In this document: one piece after another, positions 38,351 through 49,021 of the stretch | Layout of the letters: every line of letters begins with the position of its first letter | Position numbering within the stretch: position 1 is the stretch's first letter | NCBI GenBank assembly: GCA_020720625.1 | Contig: DYOH01000001.1 | Location: 29,085 to 93,084, forward strand | Origin: Acetofilamentum sp. | GTDB lineage: Bacteria; Bacteroidota; Bacteroidia; Bacteroidales; DYOH01 | Length of the DNA: 64,000 nucleotides | Reading direction: 5' to 3' | The notes under the pieces: model-generated | Told to the model about the DNA's origin: nothing | Databases searched by the model: none | What the model saw: the letters and a program-made list of their open reading frames with translations, nothing else | Program-made: the position numbers and the translations under genes

Positions 38351-38371
38351 CTGTTTCTCAAAAATAGCCTT

Positions 38372-39412
38372 ATGTATAGATATTTTATCAGACCTATTTT
38401 ATTCAAATTTCATCCTGAGTTTATTCATGATGTTGTAATTTTCGGATTTCGGTATTTATCGAATTTTCGCTTTATACTTACCATTCTTCGTCGATTTAAT
38501 AAATTTGATAATAGATTATCCAAAGACATTTGGAATATTCGCTTTCAACATCCGGTGGGATTGGCAGCCGGACTTGACAAGAATGCAGAAGCCTTTGAGA
38601 TGTTTGGCGCATTAGGCTTTAGTTTTGTTGAGATAGGCACCATCACGCCTAAATCTCAACCCGGCAATCCTAAACCTCGTCTTTTTAGGCTTCCCAAGGA
38701 TAAGGCCCTTATAAACAGGATGGGATTTAACAATCTGGGTGTTGATTTTGCAATAGCAAAACTTAAAAAGCGCTCGAAAAATGTAATTATTGGTGGAAAT
38801 ATCGGTAAAAACAAGCTCACTCCTAATTCCGATGCTGTAAACGATTACTTGCTTGCTTTTAGAAAGCTGGCACCTTATGTAGATTATGTGGCAATAAATA
38901 TATCGTCGCCAAATACCCCCGGATTACGTGATTTACAGCATAAAGACGAGCTGTATGAACTTTTATCTGCAATTAGTAAAGAGAAGGAGCTTCAATCGCT
39001 AAGTGTTCCTCTACTGGTAAAATTGGCCCCCGATTTGTCAATCGTTCAACTCGATGATGCACTTGATATAATCCAGAAATGTAAGATGGATGGAGTGATA
39101 ATTAGCAACACTACAATTTCGCGCGAAAACATTCCGCATTATGATATGGAGACTGTTAACCAAATTGGTGCAGGCGGTTTAAGCGGTGAGCCAGTTCGCG
39201 AAAAATCGACCATTATGATACGACAGGTATATGAAAAAACCAATGGTAGATTGCCCATTATAGGTGTAGGCGGAATTATGAATCCCCACGATGCTGTAGA
39301 GAAATTAGAAGCAGGCGCTAGTCTTGTGCAACTATATACCGGTTTCATATACGAAGGCCCACAACTAATTAAAGCTATTAATCGATTATTATTATCTCGC
39401 TTTTCAAAATGA
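38372..39412 (+). CDS. pyrD: Quinone-dependent dihydroorotate dehydrogenase (class 2)
   Basis: GLAAGLDKNA, GNPKPRLFRL, INRMGFNN, NISSPNTPGLR, GGLSG, QLYTG. Confidence 0.98.
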   Translation: MYRYFIRPILFKFHPEFIHDVVIFGFRYLSNFRFILTILRRFNKFDNRLSKDIWNIRFQHPVGLAAGLDKNAEAFEMFGALGFSFVEIGTITPKSQPGNPKPRLFRLPKDKALINRMGFNNLGVDFAIAKLKKRSKNVIIGGNIGKNKLTPNSDAVNDYLLAFRKLAPYVDYVAINISSPNTPGLRDLQHKDELYELLSAISKEKELQSLSVPLLVKLAPDLSIVQLDDALDIIQKCKMDGVIISNTTISRENIPHYDMETVNQIGAGGLSGEPVREKSTIMIRQVYEKTNGRLPIIGVGGIMNPHDAVEKLEAGASLVQLYTGFIYEGPQLIKAINRLLLSRFSK

Positions 39413-40680
39413 AAAAATCTTTTGTTATGCTTATGATTATTGTAGTAACCTTATTGGTATTGATTATAGATATATCGTTGTATTTTAAATATTTGCAGTT
39501 GTTCGAGAAATTTAAAGCTTTAAATGCAGGATTTTTTCGTTACCTGTATTGGATTGTTCCTGCAGGCTTTCTTATTTTTATGTATATTATGTTAAGCAAT
39601 CCGGATATTTTAAAACAAGCAAATAGTAAAATATATTGGATAAGTGGTAGTTTTATTATTTTGTATGTTCCAAAGATAATTGCATTGTTTATTGTTTTGC
39701 CCGAATACATTTTAAACCTGATAGGCTATTTTATGCGCGAAAATTCCACAAAGCCGGCAGTAGTAAGTGTAGGTAATACACTTAATCGTATGCAATTTTT
39801 ATCACAGCTCGGATTTCTATCTGCAGGCATACTTTTTGGTTCCTTACTTTGGGGTGCTCTGGTGGGTAAAACCAGTTATACTATAAACAGGATAAAGCTA
39901 AAATACCGCAATTTGCCTAAAAAGTTTAATGGGTTTAAGATTGTTCAAATAAGTGATTTTCATCTGGGAAGTTGGTTGCATACCCAAAATTCGATCGATT
40001 TTTTTACCGGGGTTGTGGCCGAAATTAATGCTTTAAAGCCTGATATTATTGTATTTACAGGCGATTTAGTTAATAATAGAGCAGATGAAGCCACCGTTTG
40101 GGTAGATTATTTAAATAAGCTTGAAGCTAAGGATGGCAAATATTCGGTATTAGGCAATCACGATTATGGAAAGTATGCCCGATGGAATACCGAGGAAGAA
40201 TACAATGCTAATATGCAATTAATGTATGATACCCACAAGAAATTGGGATTCAAGCTTTTAAATAACGCTAATGAAAGCATTACCAAAGATAATGAAACGA
40301 TACACATCATAGGTGTGGAGAATTGGGGAAACCCGCCATTTCCGCAATATGGCGACTATTATAAAGCCATTTCAGCCATTTCGGCCAACGAATTTCATAT
40401 TTTGTTATCTCACGATCCATCGCACTGGGATTCCGAAATCAGGCATTTGAACAGTGCTGCCATGCTTACGCTTAGCGGTCATACCCACGGAATGCAGTTT
40501 GCTCTAAATTTTAATGGAAAAAGCTGGAGCCCGGTTCAGTGGAAGTATAAATTTTGGAGAGGTTTATATTCCGAATCTGAGAAAAATTTGTACGTTAATA
40601 TTGGTTTAGGCAACATTGCTTACCCTGGTAGAGTGGGAGCGCCACCTGAAATTACTTATATTGAATTGGAAACTATGTAA
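39409..40680 (+). CDS. Membrane-anchored metallophosphoesterase (YkuE-like)
   Basis: Four N-terminal TM helices; SDFHLG, TGDLVN, GNHD, SHDP, SGHTHG. Confidence 0.93.
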   Translation: MKKSFVMLMIIVVTLLVLIIDISLYFKYLQLFEKFKALNAGFFRYLYWIVPAGFLIFMYIMLSNPDILKQANSKIYWISGSFIILYVPKIIALFIVLPEYILNLIGYFMRENSTKPAVVSVGNTLNRMQFLSQLGFLSAGILFGSLLWGALVGKTSYTINRIKLKYRNLPKKFNGFKIVQISDFHLGSWLHTQNSIDFFTGVVAEINALKPDIIVFTGDLVNNRADEATVWVDYLNKLEAKDGKYSVLGNHDYGKYARWNTEEEYNANMQLMYDTHKKLGFKLLNNANESITKDNETIHIIGVENWGNPPFPQYGDYYKAISAISANEFHILLSHDPSHWDSEIRHLNSAAMLTLSGHTHGMQFALNFNGKSWSPVQWKYKFWRGLYSESEKNLYVNIGLGNIAYPGRVGAPPEITYIELETM

Positions 40681-40687
40681 GAAAATT

Positions 40688-42826
40688 TTATTCAGACTTT
40701 GATTCGGGTTTTAGTGCAAGAAACAATATTTTGCTAATTTTATTTTCCTGATTGAAAACTGGCTGAACTGTAGCAATAAGGTAGTGTCGCTCTTTTTGAT
40801 GTCTAAAATATCCTTCAAGCGAAAAACCAGTTTTTAATTTTAGGAGATTTCTCCATTTAATAGCCATCATCTCTTCTAATTCCCTGCTTAAATATGAACT
40901 TAATTCCGAATCAGTTATATCTATAAAACTAATACTAAAAGTTTTCAGAAATAGAGGGTTGGCGTAAATAATTCGTCCTCTGGTATCTATTTCCAAACGC
41001 ATGGCTCCATTATTTATGGCCATATCAAGCATTTTCATTTGCGATTCTTTTCTCGAAATTTCTTCTTGCGTAGCACTAAGTTCCTCGAGGTTCTGTCGAA
41101 GCTCTTCTTCTTGGGTTGCAAGCGTTTCGTGCTGCATTTTGGATCTCTCAAGCAAATTCTTCATTTCGAGTTGATTTCGGTGTGTTGATAGCACCGAAGC
41201 CAAATTCTCTGCAATTCTTTTCAGATAGGTTTGATGGTGCTCCTCAAATGGATAAAAAGAAGCTAATTCAATGGCACCCTCAATTCTCGAACCTAATAGC
41301 AGCGGTTGTATATAGAGATATTTAGGCGTGGTTTCTCCAATACCTGAGGTAATAAGCAAATAATTTTCGGGGATATTGTTTATGTAAACCGGATTTTTTT
41401 CATGGATTACATTTCCTAATACCCCTGTTCCTGCTTTAATAATTTTTGCAGTTTGGCGTTCAATATTGTAGGCATAAGAAGCTCCTAATTCCAGATACTG
41501 GCCTTGGTGGTCTTCTTTTATCACAAACAAGCCGCCCTGATTGGCATTAAGCGAATGTATTAATTGTTTTAATACTTCCATGTACAGATTTTTTTCTCCA
41601 CCAACGTCAGATTTTCGAAGTATTTCGTTGAATTCGGCTAGGCTTTCATTTACCCAATTAACTTTTTGTTCCTGCGTTTTTCGAATTTCTGTCTCCTTCA
41701 ATAGGTTTTGTAAGTTATCTTGCATCAATAAAAGTGCTTGCGAAAATTTGTCGTTTTTTCCTTTATATTCAAAATTAAGCTTGCTTTGACCAATATTTTT
41801 TACAAATTCAAGTAAATCATTTTGTTGCGCGTTTATTTCTACGATATATTGCTGTATTGCGCTAATTTCTTTAACTACCGAATTTTCTTTAAAATTAAAC
41901 TCTTTATTGTTTTTTAATGATTTAAGATAATTCAAAGTGATAGTTATTCCCTCGCGGATATGGCGGGTACCAATAAACATAAACATCAGTATCCAAATGA
42001 CTAATATGATAAAAAATGCGATGAACAAGAAGGTGTAAGTTTTAATTTTGCTTTCGAATTCTTCTGATTTGCTCAAATAATATGAATCTAATTTCAATTT
42101 AATTTCAAAAAGCTTGTCGTAGAGTTTAAATTTTTGTTCCTTAAGTTTTGGTTCGAATAACTCTGCCAATGCGCCGCTTTCTAATGCATTAAAGAAATGA
42201 TTCTGTATAATTGTTTGCTGAATATAAGTGGTATCGTAATAAACAGAGTCATTGAGCACCATAGTATCAATTTTTAGAGAATCAATGCTAAACCGAAATG
42301 TAACGGCTTTGTCGACAATGCTATCTAAAATTGATTCCTGCTCAAATAAAATGATATTATTCTCAGCATTAATTTGTTCTTTAAGCAGATAATAAGCATC
42401 AAAATAAAGAGATAACAAAGCAGAAGGAAGTTCTACCAACTCTATTTCGTCTTTCATTTTTTTTGGCAATAACCGGGTATAGGGCATCTGATGCTCTATT
42501 AAAAAATAGTTTACATAGTAATTGTCCCAGTGAAAGGCATAATTTTTTTGAAATGAGCTTGTTAGTTCGTAATAATAGTTTAGTACCCTATCTTCTTTAA
42601 ATAATAAATAATTGGCGCTTATATTGGTAAAATTATGCGACAAAATATTTAGGTCGTAAACTAACTCGTTGGCTTTAAGAATATTATTATTAAGTTTTGT
42701 GTAACTTTTATTGTATGAGTTAATTTTGATTACAGAAAAAATCAAAATAAGTACAAAGAGAAAAACACTAATGGCCGATGCATAAGATAGTTTTATGATT
42801 GATATTTTATAAGAAGGAAATTTCAT
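40688..42826 (-). CDS. Membrane sensor with coiled coil, GAF and C-terminal PAS; no catalytic output domain seen
   Basis: Two TM helices, GAF (ANQGGLF...SYAY...G.GVLG...GAIELAS), EEELRQNLEELSATQEE coiled coil, PAS-like end. Confidence 0.82.
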   Translation of the reverse strand: MKFPSYKISIIKLSYASAISVFLFVLILIFSVIKINSYNKSYTKLNNNILKANELVYDLNILSHNFTNISANYLLFKEDRVLNYYYELTSSFQKNYAFHWDNYYVNYFLIEHQMPYTRLLPKKMKDEIELVELPSALLSLYFDAYYLLKEQINAENNIILFEQESILDSIVDKAVTFRFSIDSLKIDTMVLNDSVYYDTTYIQQTIIQNHFFNALESGALAELFEPKLKEQKFKLYDKLFEIKLKLDSYYLSKSEEFESKIKTYTFLFIAFFIILVIWILMFMFIGTRHIREGITITLNYLKSLKNNKEFNFKENSVVKEISAIQQYIVEINAQQNDLLEFVKNIGQSKLNFEYKGKNDKFSQALLLMQDNLQNLLKETEIRKTQEQKVNWVNESLAEFNEILRKSDVGGEKNLYMEVLKQLIHSLNANQGGLFVIKEDHQGQYLELGASYAYNIERQTAKIIKAGTGVLGNVIHEKNPVYINNIPENYLLITSGIGETTPKYLYIQPLLLGSRIEGAIELASFYPFEEHHQTYLKRIAENLASVLSTHRNQLEMKNLLERSKMQHETLATQEEELRQNLEELSATQEEISRKESQMKMLDMAINNGAMRLEIDTRGRIIYANPLFLKTFSISFIDITDSELSSYLSRELEEMMAIKWRNLLKLKTGFSLEGYFRHQKERHYLIATVQPVFNQENKISKILFLALKPESKSE

Positions 42827-42836
42827 ACAATAGTAA

Positions 42837-44879
42837 TTATTTTAGTTCAAGATTTTCTAATCTTCTGTTCAAATTATCAATAGTCATCTGCTTTTTAACA
42901 ATCTGCGTTTTGTATTGAAACTCAGCATCTGTATATTCGCGTATGAGTTTACTAAATTTATTTGTCAGGCTCAATAGTTCCTGTTCAAGTTTATTTTTTT
43001 CTTTTTCGAGATATTCAATTTTTTCCTGGCTTTCTTCGAGCATAATGCTTGTTTGGGTGTTTAATCTGGTAATTGTAATGGTAGATGCAATTGCTTCCGA
43101 AATTGACTCAATATAATTAATTTCGGGCAATGTAAACTCATGAAAAGAAGCTAATTCAACAACTCCAAGTATTCTGTTATCTGCTACAATAGGAGATAAC
43201 AGAAGGTATTCGGGCGATTTTCCGCCTAAGCCGGATTCAATTCTGATATAATCATCGGGAACACCCTTAATATGCATGGTATACTGCTCTTGGGCACAAG
43301 CACCTATTAATCCATCACCAATAAGAATTCTTTTTTCTATAAACTTTTTGCGGTCGTAAGCGTAGGCTGATAGTAAATCGAGATACTTCTTTTTGTCTTT
43401 TCCTTCGTTTACTATAAAAATTCCGCCTAATGGTATTTTTAGAAAATTGATAATTTCCTTTATTAATTCGTCTCCCAAACCAATAATATTGCTTGAGTGT
43501 TCGCGCAGAATGTCAGATATTCTTGATTTTCCTTCGTTAAACCATTTTAACTTTTCATCCTGTTCTTTGTTTGTGTTTATGGCAATATTCGTTTTTTTGA
43601 GTTCCTGCTTTAGTTCAAGTAATTCATTACCAATGATATCTTCTTTGCTTAATACTTTGTAATCTACCAGAAGGTTTCCACTTTTTAGCTGATTAATAAA
43701 CTCTGATTTTTCTTTATTTCCTTCATTTATAATGCCCAGATAATTATTCAATTTCTCAACTTCTTTATTCGATGATTTAGCGCTAATTTCCACAAATTTG
43801 CCCAGAGCAACGTCTTCTAATTGCTTTGTTAGGGTTTTAATATCTTTAATAAAGGCACTATTGGCCAGATTTATACCAAGAAAAAGAAGTATAATGGCTA
43901 AAAAAGTGGCTAAAAACATAAGTAATCTGAAATTATTCAGATTTGCGTAAATTACTTTTAGGGGAATTTCCAGCGCAAGGTAATGTTCAATCGAAGGTAT
44001 TTGTATGATGAAAATGTTGCTTTTGTCAAAACTTCCTTTTTGATTTCTAATGGTATTCATTTCGAATGAATTAAGACCAAGTTTACTTGGGTTAACAGGA
44101 AATTCTGTTCTAAGTTCATTTGTGGAAAATACTAGTTTATCGTTTTTATTAATTAAATTGAGCGTTGCGCCCGGAGTAATCATAAAATTGTGAATAATTT
44201 GCTTAATTTCTGCAAGCTGAAATACTGGTAGTGCTGCAAGAGCAAATCCTTGAGCATTTCCTGAAATAAAATATGGGCGTGCAGCTGCAAAATGTGGTAC
44301 TCCATCTAAGGTAATAATTCCTTGATATCTTTCGCCTTTATCTATAATTTTGGATAGCGCATGCGAGTTTGGGAAAAATACACCAATGGCTTTGTCGGCG
44401 CGGCGATTTAGAATTGTAGTGCTTATTTGCACATAGCCACCTTTGGTTTCCTGAAATATTCCAATTTCTGCTCCGGTGAATAGTTTAAGGTTATCTACTG
44501 CCGATGTATTGGTGTGTAATCTAACCCCTTCGTTCATCCATACTTTTACTTCAATGGAAAAACTTTCGCGGGTAATTTCGTTTTTTGCGTCAATTGTTAT
44601 GGTTTCATTAATTTCTTTTACCAGTGAATTCTCCTGAAAAGTATAGGAGGTTAGAGCCATTGCCTTTTGTATATGCTCTTTTTTCTGTTGATTTAAGGTG
44701 GCAATATTATTATTTATTGCTTTCAACTGAAATTCGGCACTGCTTGCATAGTTTTCTTCGACTTTTGTTTTTTGCAGTTCGAGCACAACATATACAAATA
44801 GAATAAATACAACAAGTAGCAAAATTGCACTTATTATACTGTTTTTTGTTTGTATGTCGAAATTTCTAAGTAATCTCAT
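42837..44879 (-). CDS. Membrane sensor with Cache-type periplasmic domain, HAMP-like region, GAF and terminal coiled coil
   Basis: VDNL...TGA...IFQ...GYVQISTT Cache motif, second TM helix, GAF (AYAYDRKK...GDGLIG...GVVELAS). Confidence 0.82.
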   Translation of the reverse strand: MRLLRNFDIQTKNSIISAILLLVVFILFVYVVLELQKTKVEENYASSAEFQLKAINNNIATLNQQKKEHIQKAMALTSYTFQENSLVKEINETITIDAKNEITRESFSIEVKVWMNEGVRLHTNTSAVDNLKLFTGAEIGIFQETKGGYVQISTTILNRRADKAIGVFFPNSHALSKIIDKGERYQGIITLDGVPHFAAARPYFISGNAQGFALAALPVFQLAEIKQIIHNFMITPGATLNLINKNDKLVFSTNELRTEFPVNPSKLGLNSFEMNTIRNQKGSFDKSNIFIIQIPSIEHYLALEIPLKVIYANLNNFRLLMFLATFLAIILLFLGINLANSAFIKDIKTLTKQLEDVALGKFVEISAKSSNKEVEKLNNYLGIINEGNKEKSEFINQLKSGNLLVDYKVLSKEDIIGNELLELKQELKKTNIAINTNKEQDEKLKWFNEGKSRISDILREHSSNIIGLGDELIKEIINFLKIPLGGIFIVNEGKDKKKYLDLLSAYAYDRKKFIEKRILIGDGLIGACAQEQYTMHIKGVPDDYIRIESGLGGKSPEYLLLSPIVADNRILGVVELASFHEFTLPEINYIESISEAIASTITITRLNTQTSIMLEESQEKIEYLEKEKNKLEQELLSLTNKFSKLIREYTDAEFQYKTQIVKKQMTIDNLNRRLENLELK

Positions 44880-45131
44880 GAAAATTATTTTTTAGACCAA
44901 ATATTGCTTGAAATTTACATTATTTATGCCATTTTGAAAAACCACACTAATTGCAAGCTAAAATATAAAAAAGTTTTGTTCTTTTCAGGTTTCGCAAATT
45001 CTTTTTTTCCTTGCTGAAATTTTTTTGCCTTAGACAAATACTAAATACTTGTAAAGAAGCTTATTTCGGTTAAAAAAAGTTAAAGACAATTATAAACTTT
45101 AAAATACATTGCCAGGCAGAAAAACACATTA

Positions 45132-45139
45132 TACATTTG
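45132..45139 (+). promoter_or_regulatory. Bacteroidota -7 promoter element for the moxR-bat operon
   Basis: TACATTTG 17 nt before the ATG; ATTG 20 nt further upstream. Confidence 0.55.
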
Positions 45140-45156
45140 TGCTAAAATAAATAAAT

Positions 45157-46152
45157 ATGAATACAGCAATTGACATTAAAGAAATCAACGAAAAAATTGA
45201 ACGCGAAAGTGCTTTTATAGATTTATTAAGCTTTGAAATGGGCAAGGTGATTGTCGGGCAGAAACATTTAGTGGATAGTTTGATTGTTGGTCTTTTGGCC
45301 GATGGACACGTTCTGCTTGAAGGTGTGCCAGGCCTTGCAAAAACCTTGGCAATTAGTACATTGGCTAAAATTGTAGATGCAAAATTCAATCGTATTCAGT
45401 TTACGCCCGATTTATTGCCTGCTGATTTGCTGGGCACACTGATTTATAGCCAAAAGAAAGAGGAGTTTGTGGTGAAACAAGGACCCATTTTTGCCAATTT
45501 TATTTTGGCCGATGAAATTAACCGCGCTCCGGCAAAAGTGCAGAGTGCATTGCTCGAGGCCATGCAAGAGCGACAGGTTACCTTAGGCGACGTAACCTAC
45601 ACCTTACCAAAGCCATTTCTTGTTTTGGCTACTCAAAACCCTATAGAACAGGAAGGTACTTATCCGCTACCCGAGGCACAAGTAGACCGTTTTATGCTTA
45701 AAGTAGTTATTAATTATCCGAATAGAGCAGAGGAGCAGCTTATTCTTAAAGAAAATATTGCACAAGAGTTTCCAAAGCCAAATAAAGTACTCACCCCCGA
45801 CGACATTATTCGCGCCCGCCAAGTTGTGAAGGATGTTTATATGGATGAAAAAATTGAAAAATATATTGTAGATTTGGTATTTGCCACTCGTTTTCCGGCA
45901 GAATTTGGTTTAGATAATTTAGTTCCGCTTATCAATTATGGAGCTTCGCCACGTGCAACAATCAGTTTGGCAATGGCTTCTAAAGCGCTTGCGTTTATTC
46001 GCAGAAGGGGATTTGTTACCCCCGAAGATGTGCGGGCTTTAGCCAAAGATATTCTGCGTCATAGAATTGGGCTTAGCTACGAAGCCGAAGCCGAAAATTT
46101 GAATACCGACCAAATTATTAATACTATTTTAAACGCTGTTCAAGTTCCTTAA
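45157..46152 (+). CDS. moxR: MoxR family AAA+ ATPase
   Basis: LEGVPGLAKT, RIQFTPDLLPAD, DEINRAPAKVQSALLEAM, ATQNPIEQEGTYPLPEAQ. Confidence 0.97.
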   Translation: MNTAIDIKEINEKIERESAFIDLLSFEMGKVIVGQKHLVDSLIVGLLADGHVLLEGVPGLAKTLAISTLAKIVDAKFNRIQFTPDLLPADLLGTLIYSQKKEEFVVKQGPIFANFILADEINRAPAKVQSALLEAMQERQVTLGDVTYTLPKPFLVLATQNPIEQEGTYPLPEAQVDRFMLKVVINYPNRAEEQLILKENIAQEFPKPNKVLTPDDIIRARQVVKDVYMDEKIEKYIVDLVFATRFPAEFGLDNLVPLINYGASPRATISLAMASKALAFIRRRGFVTPEDVRALAKDILRHRIGLSYEAEAENLNTDQIINTILNAVQVP

Positions 46153-46155
46153 ATT

Positions 46156-47019
46156 ATGGATACTTCCGAAATATTAAAAAAGGTTAGACGAATTGAAATA
46201 AAAACCAAAGGCTTATCTAAGAATATTTTTGCAGGTGAATATCATAGTGCTTTTAAAGGGCGTGGTATGGCTTTTAGCGAAGTGAGAGAATATCAGTATG
46301 GCGACGACGTGCGCTCAATAGATTGGAATGTAACTGCTAGGTTTAACCATCCTTATGTAAAAATATTCGAAGAAGAAAGGGAGCTTACCATCATGCTTTT
46401 AATTGATGTTAGTGCCTCCGGAAATTTTGGTACAATTAAGTCGCTGAAAAAGGAACTTGCCACTGAAATTGCCGCTGTTCTCGCATTTAGTACTATACAA
46501 AATAATGATAAGGTGGGAGCTATTTTTTTTAGCGACAAAATAGAAATGTTTATTCCGCCCCAAAAAGGTAGAAAGCACACCTTGCGGATTATTCGCGAAA
46601 CACTCGATTTTAAGCCCCAAAGTAAAGGTACGGATCTGAATCTGGCATTGAAATATCTAAATAATATAATAAAGAAAAGGTGTACAGCTTTTATATTATC
46701 CGATTTTTTAGACAATGGATTTTCCGATGCTATTAAATTAGCAAATAAAAAGCACGATATCATTGCCTTACAACTGTACGATCAACACGACGAGTTTTTA
46801 CCTGCCGTTGGCGATTTGATGGTAAAAAATGCCGAAACAGGAAGCGAAATGTGGATAGATACTAGCTCCGCCAGATATCAGAAGGCCTATATAAAATGGT
46901 GGATTGAGCATAATAAATTCATCGATGATGTTTTTATGCGAAGCGGTGTGGATTTCGTTAAGCTTCGCACTGATTTGGATTACGTTAAACCATTGCTACA
47001 GTTATTTAAACGAAGATAA
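46156..47019 (+). CDS. DUF58 vWA-like protein
   Basis: GRGMAFSEVREYQYGDDVRSIDWNVTAR. Confidence 0.95.
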   Translation: MDTSEILKKVRRIEIKTKGLSKNIFAGEYHSAFKGRGMAFSEVREYQYGDDVRSIDWNVTARFNHPYVKIFEEERELTIMLLIDVSASGNFGTIKSLKKELATEIAAVLAFSTIQNNDKVGAIFFSDKIEMFIPPQKGRKHTLRIIRETLDFKPQSKGTDLNLALKYLNNIIKKRCTAFILSDFLDNGFSDAIKLANKKHDIIALQLYDQHDEFLPAVGDLMVKNAETGSEMWIDTSSARYQKAYIKWWIEHNKFIDDVFMRSGVDFVKLRTDLDYVKPLLQLFKRR

Positions 47020-47020
47020 A

Positions 47021-48022
47021 ATGCCCACAAAGAGAATAGCTTTTATTTCATTTTTTTTGCTCTTTTTTTATTCACTTTCGGCGCAACAGCTAAATGCTGA
47101 GCTAAGCAAAAACCGCATTATTGTTGGTGATACGCTTACACTTTTACTTTCGGTAGAAGTTGCTGCAAATAATCAGGTAATTTTTCCTGTTTTAGTTGAT
47201 ACCGTTGCAAGCGGTGTCGAAATTGTTAGAAGCCCATTGCTTGATTCTATAAAGCAAAATGGAAGAATTTTGTATACCCAAAGTTTGATTATTTCCGCCT
47301 ACGATTCGGCGATGTTTCGAATTGGCCCATTAAAAGCAATTGTAGTAAATGGAATAAACATAGACACCATTTATTCTAATATTCTTAATTTTTTTGCTGA
47401 TTATCAGGTATTAAACCAAAATCTTGAAGCTAAGCTGGATACTTCGATTAACGAGCAAATTGTTCGAAACAAAGCGAATGTAGAGGCTCCTTTTACTTTC
47501 AAGGAATTGTGGTATAGAATCAAAAGTTTTTTCAAGGATTATTGGTTTGTGGTTTTAGCTGCAATTATTCTTTTGGTTTTTGGATTATACTATTATTATA
47601 AAATCCGAAATAAAGCCAAGGTAATAATGGATGCTCCAGAAGTTAGGTTAAAACCCGAAATAGAAGCCCTGCAATTGCTCGATTCATTAGCAGATAAGAA
47701 ACTTTGGCAACAAGGAAAACTGAAAGATTATTATTCAGAATTGTCCGTTATTTTAAGGCATTATGTTGAACGACAATGGCATATTATTGCGTTAGAGGCA
47801 ACAACTGATTTAATAAGAAAGCAAATTAAATTTCGAAATTTATTAGAAGCAGAGCAAGAGAAAGAGCTAAATGAAATGCTAACCCTTGCCGATTATGTAA
47901 AATTTGCTAAATATCAGACTTTGCCTGCTGAAAATGATAAAACACTTAAACGAGCTTACGCATTTGTAGAAGCTACAAAACCAAAAATTGTTTCTCAACC
48001 AGAAAATGAAATAGAAAAATGA
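47021..48022 (+). CDS. Bat-operon membrane protein with a BatD-like N-terminus
   Basis: Signal peptide, Ig-like domain, TM helix, ALEATT...LADYVKFAK; typical position between DUF58 and batA; ATG at 47021. Confidence 0.85.
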   Translation: MPTKRIAFISFFLLFFYSLSAQQLNAELSKNRIIVGDTLTLLLSVEVAANNQVIFPVLVDTVASGVEIVRSPLLDSIKQNGRILYTQSLIISAYDSAMFRIGPLKAIVVNGINIDTIYSNILNFFADYQVLNQNLEAKLDTSINEQIVRNKANVEAPFTFKELWYRIKSFFKDYWFVVLAAIILLVFGLYYYYKIRNKAKVIMDAPEVRLKPEIEALQLLDSLADKKLWQQGKLKDYYSELSVILRHYVERQWHIIALEATTDLIRKQIKFRNLLEAEQEKELNEMLTLADYVKFAKYQTLPAENDKTLKRAYAFVEATKPKIVSQPENEIEK

Positions 48023-49011
48023 TGGGAATAAAATTTGCTCATCCGGAGTTTTTATATTTGCTGATATTACTGTTTCCGCTAATATTTTGGTATATTTTTA
48101 AATATAGCAAGAGTTATCCCACTATCAGCCTAAGTACAACAAAGGCTTTTTTGAAGCTAAAACCCGGACTAAGATGGTATTTACGCCACCTCATGTTTGT
48201 TTTTAGAATTTTGGCATTGGCTCTAATTATTTTGGTTTTGGCGCGTCCGCAGGCGCATTATGCAAAGCGCGATGTAATTACCGAAGGAATTGATATTGTT
48301 TTGGCCATAGACGTTTCCAGAAGCATGCTTGCTCGTGATTTTAAGCCAGATAGGATGGAAGCTGCTAAAGAAGTGGCTATAAAATTTGTGAGCGGACGAA
48401 TGAACGACAGGATTGGTTTGATTGTTTTTAGTGGAGAAAGTTTTACTCAATGTCCGCTAACAACAGATAAGGCAGTGTTGGTAAATCTTATAAATGAGCT
48501 TGAATGCGGTATGATTGAAGATGGAACAGCCATTGGATTAGGTTTAGCCAATTCTATTACCCGACTCAAAGAAAGTACAGCCAAAAGCAAGGTTATTATT
48601 TTAATTACCGATGGCATGAACAACGCCGGCGAAATTGCACCATTAACGGCTGCTGAGTTGGCTAAGGATTTGGGTGTTAGGGTATATACTATTGGCATTG
48701 GCACAGTTGGTACTGCTCCATATCCGGTACAAACCATGTTCGGAATCGAATATCAGCAGATGGAAGTAGAAATTGATGAAAAAATGCTTACCGAAATTGC
48801 TGAAGCTACAGAAGGAAAGTACTTTAGAGCTAAATCGAAAATGGAACTTGAGAATGTTTATGAACAAATTGACCAACTTGAAAAAACCAAAATTCAGGTG
48901 CATCAGTATAGCCAAAAAGAAGAAAAATTTTTCTGGTTTGGCATTGTGGCAATGATATTGGTTGCAATTGAGATATTGCTTAGGTATACCATTTTACGAA
49001 ATTTACCTTAA
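48019..49011 (+). CDS. batA: Aerotolerance protein BatA (vWA)
   Basis: FAHPEFL...LARPQ, MIDAS DVSRSM, PLTTD, GTAIG, ITDG. Confidence 0.95.
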   Translation: MMGIKFAHPEFLYLLILLFPLIFWYIFKYSKSYPTISLSTTKAFLKLKPGLRWYLRHLMFVFRILALALIILVLARPQAHYAKRDVITEGIDIVLAIDVSRSMLARDFKPDRMEAAKEVAIKFVSGRMNDRIGLIVFSGESFTQCPLTTDKAVLVNLINELECGMIEDGTAIGLGLANSITRLKESTAKSKVIILITDGMNNAGEIAPLTAAELAKDLGVRVYTIGIGTVGTAPYPVQTMFGIEYQQMEVEIDEKMLTEIAEATEGKYFRAKSKMELENVYEQIDQLEKTKIQVHQYSQKEEKFFWFGIVAMILVAIEILLRYTILRNLP

Positions 49012-49021
49012 TAGGAATAGT

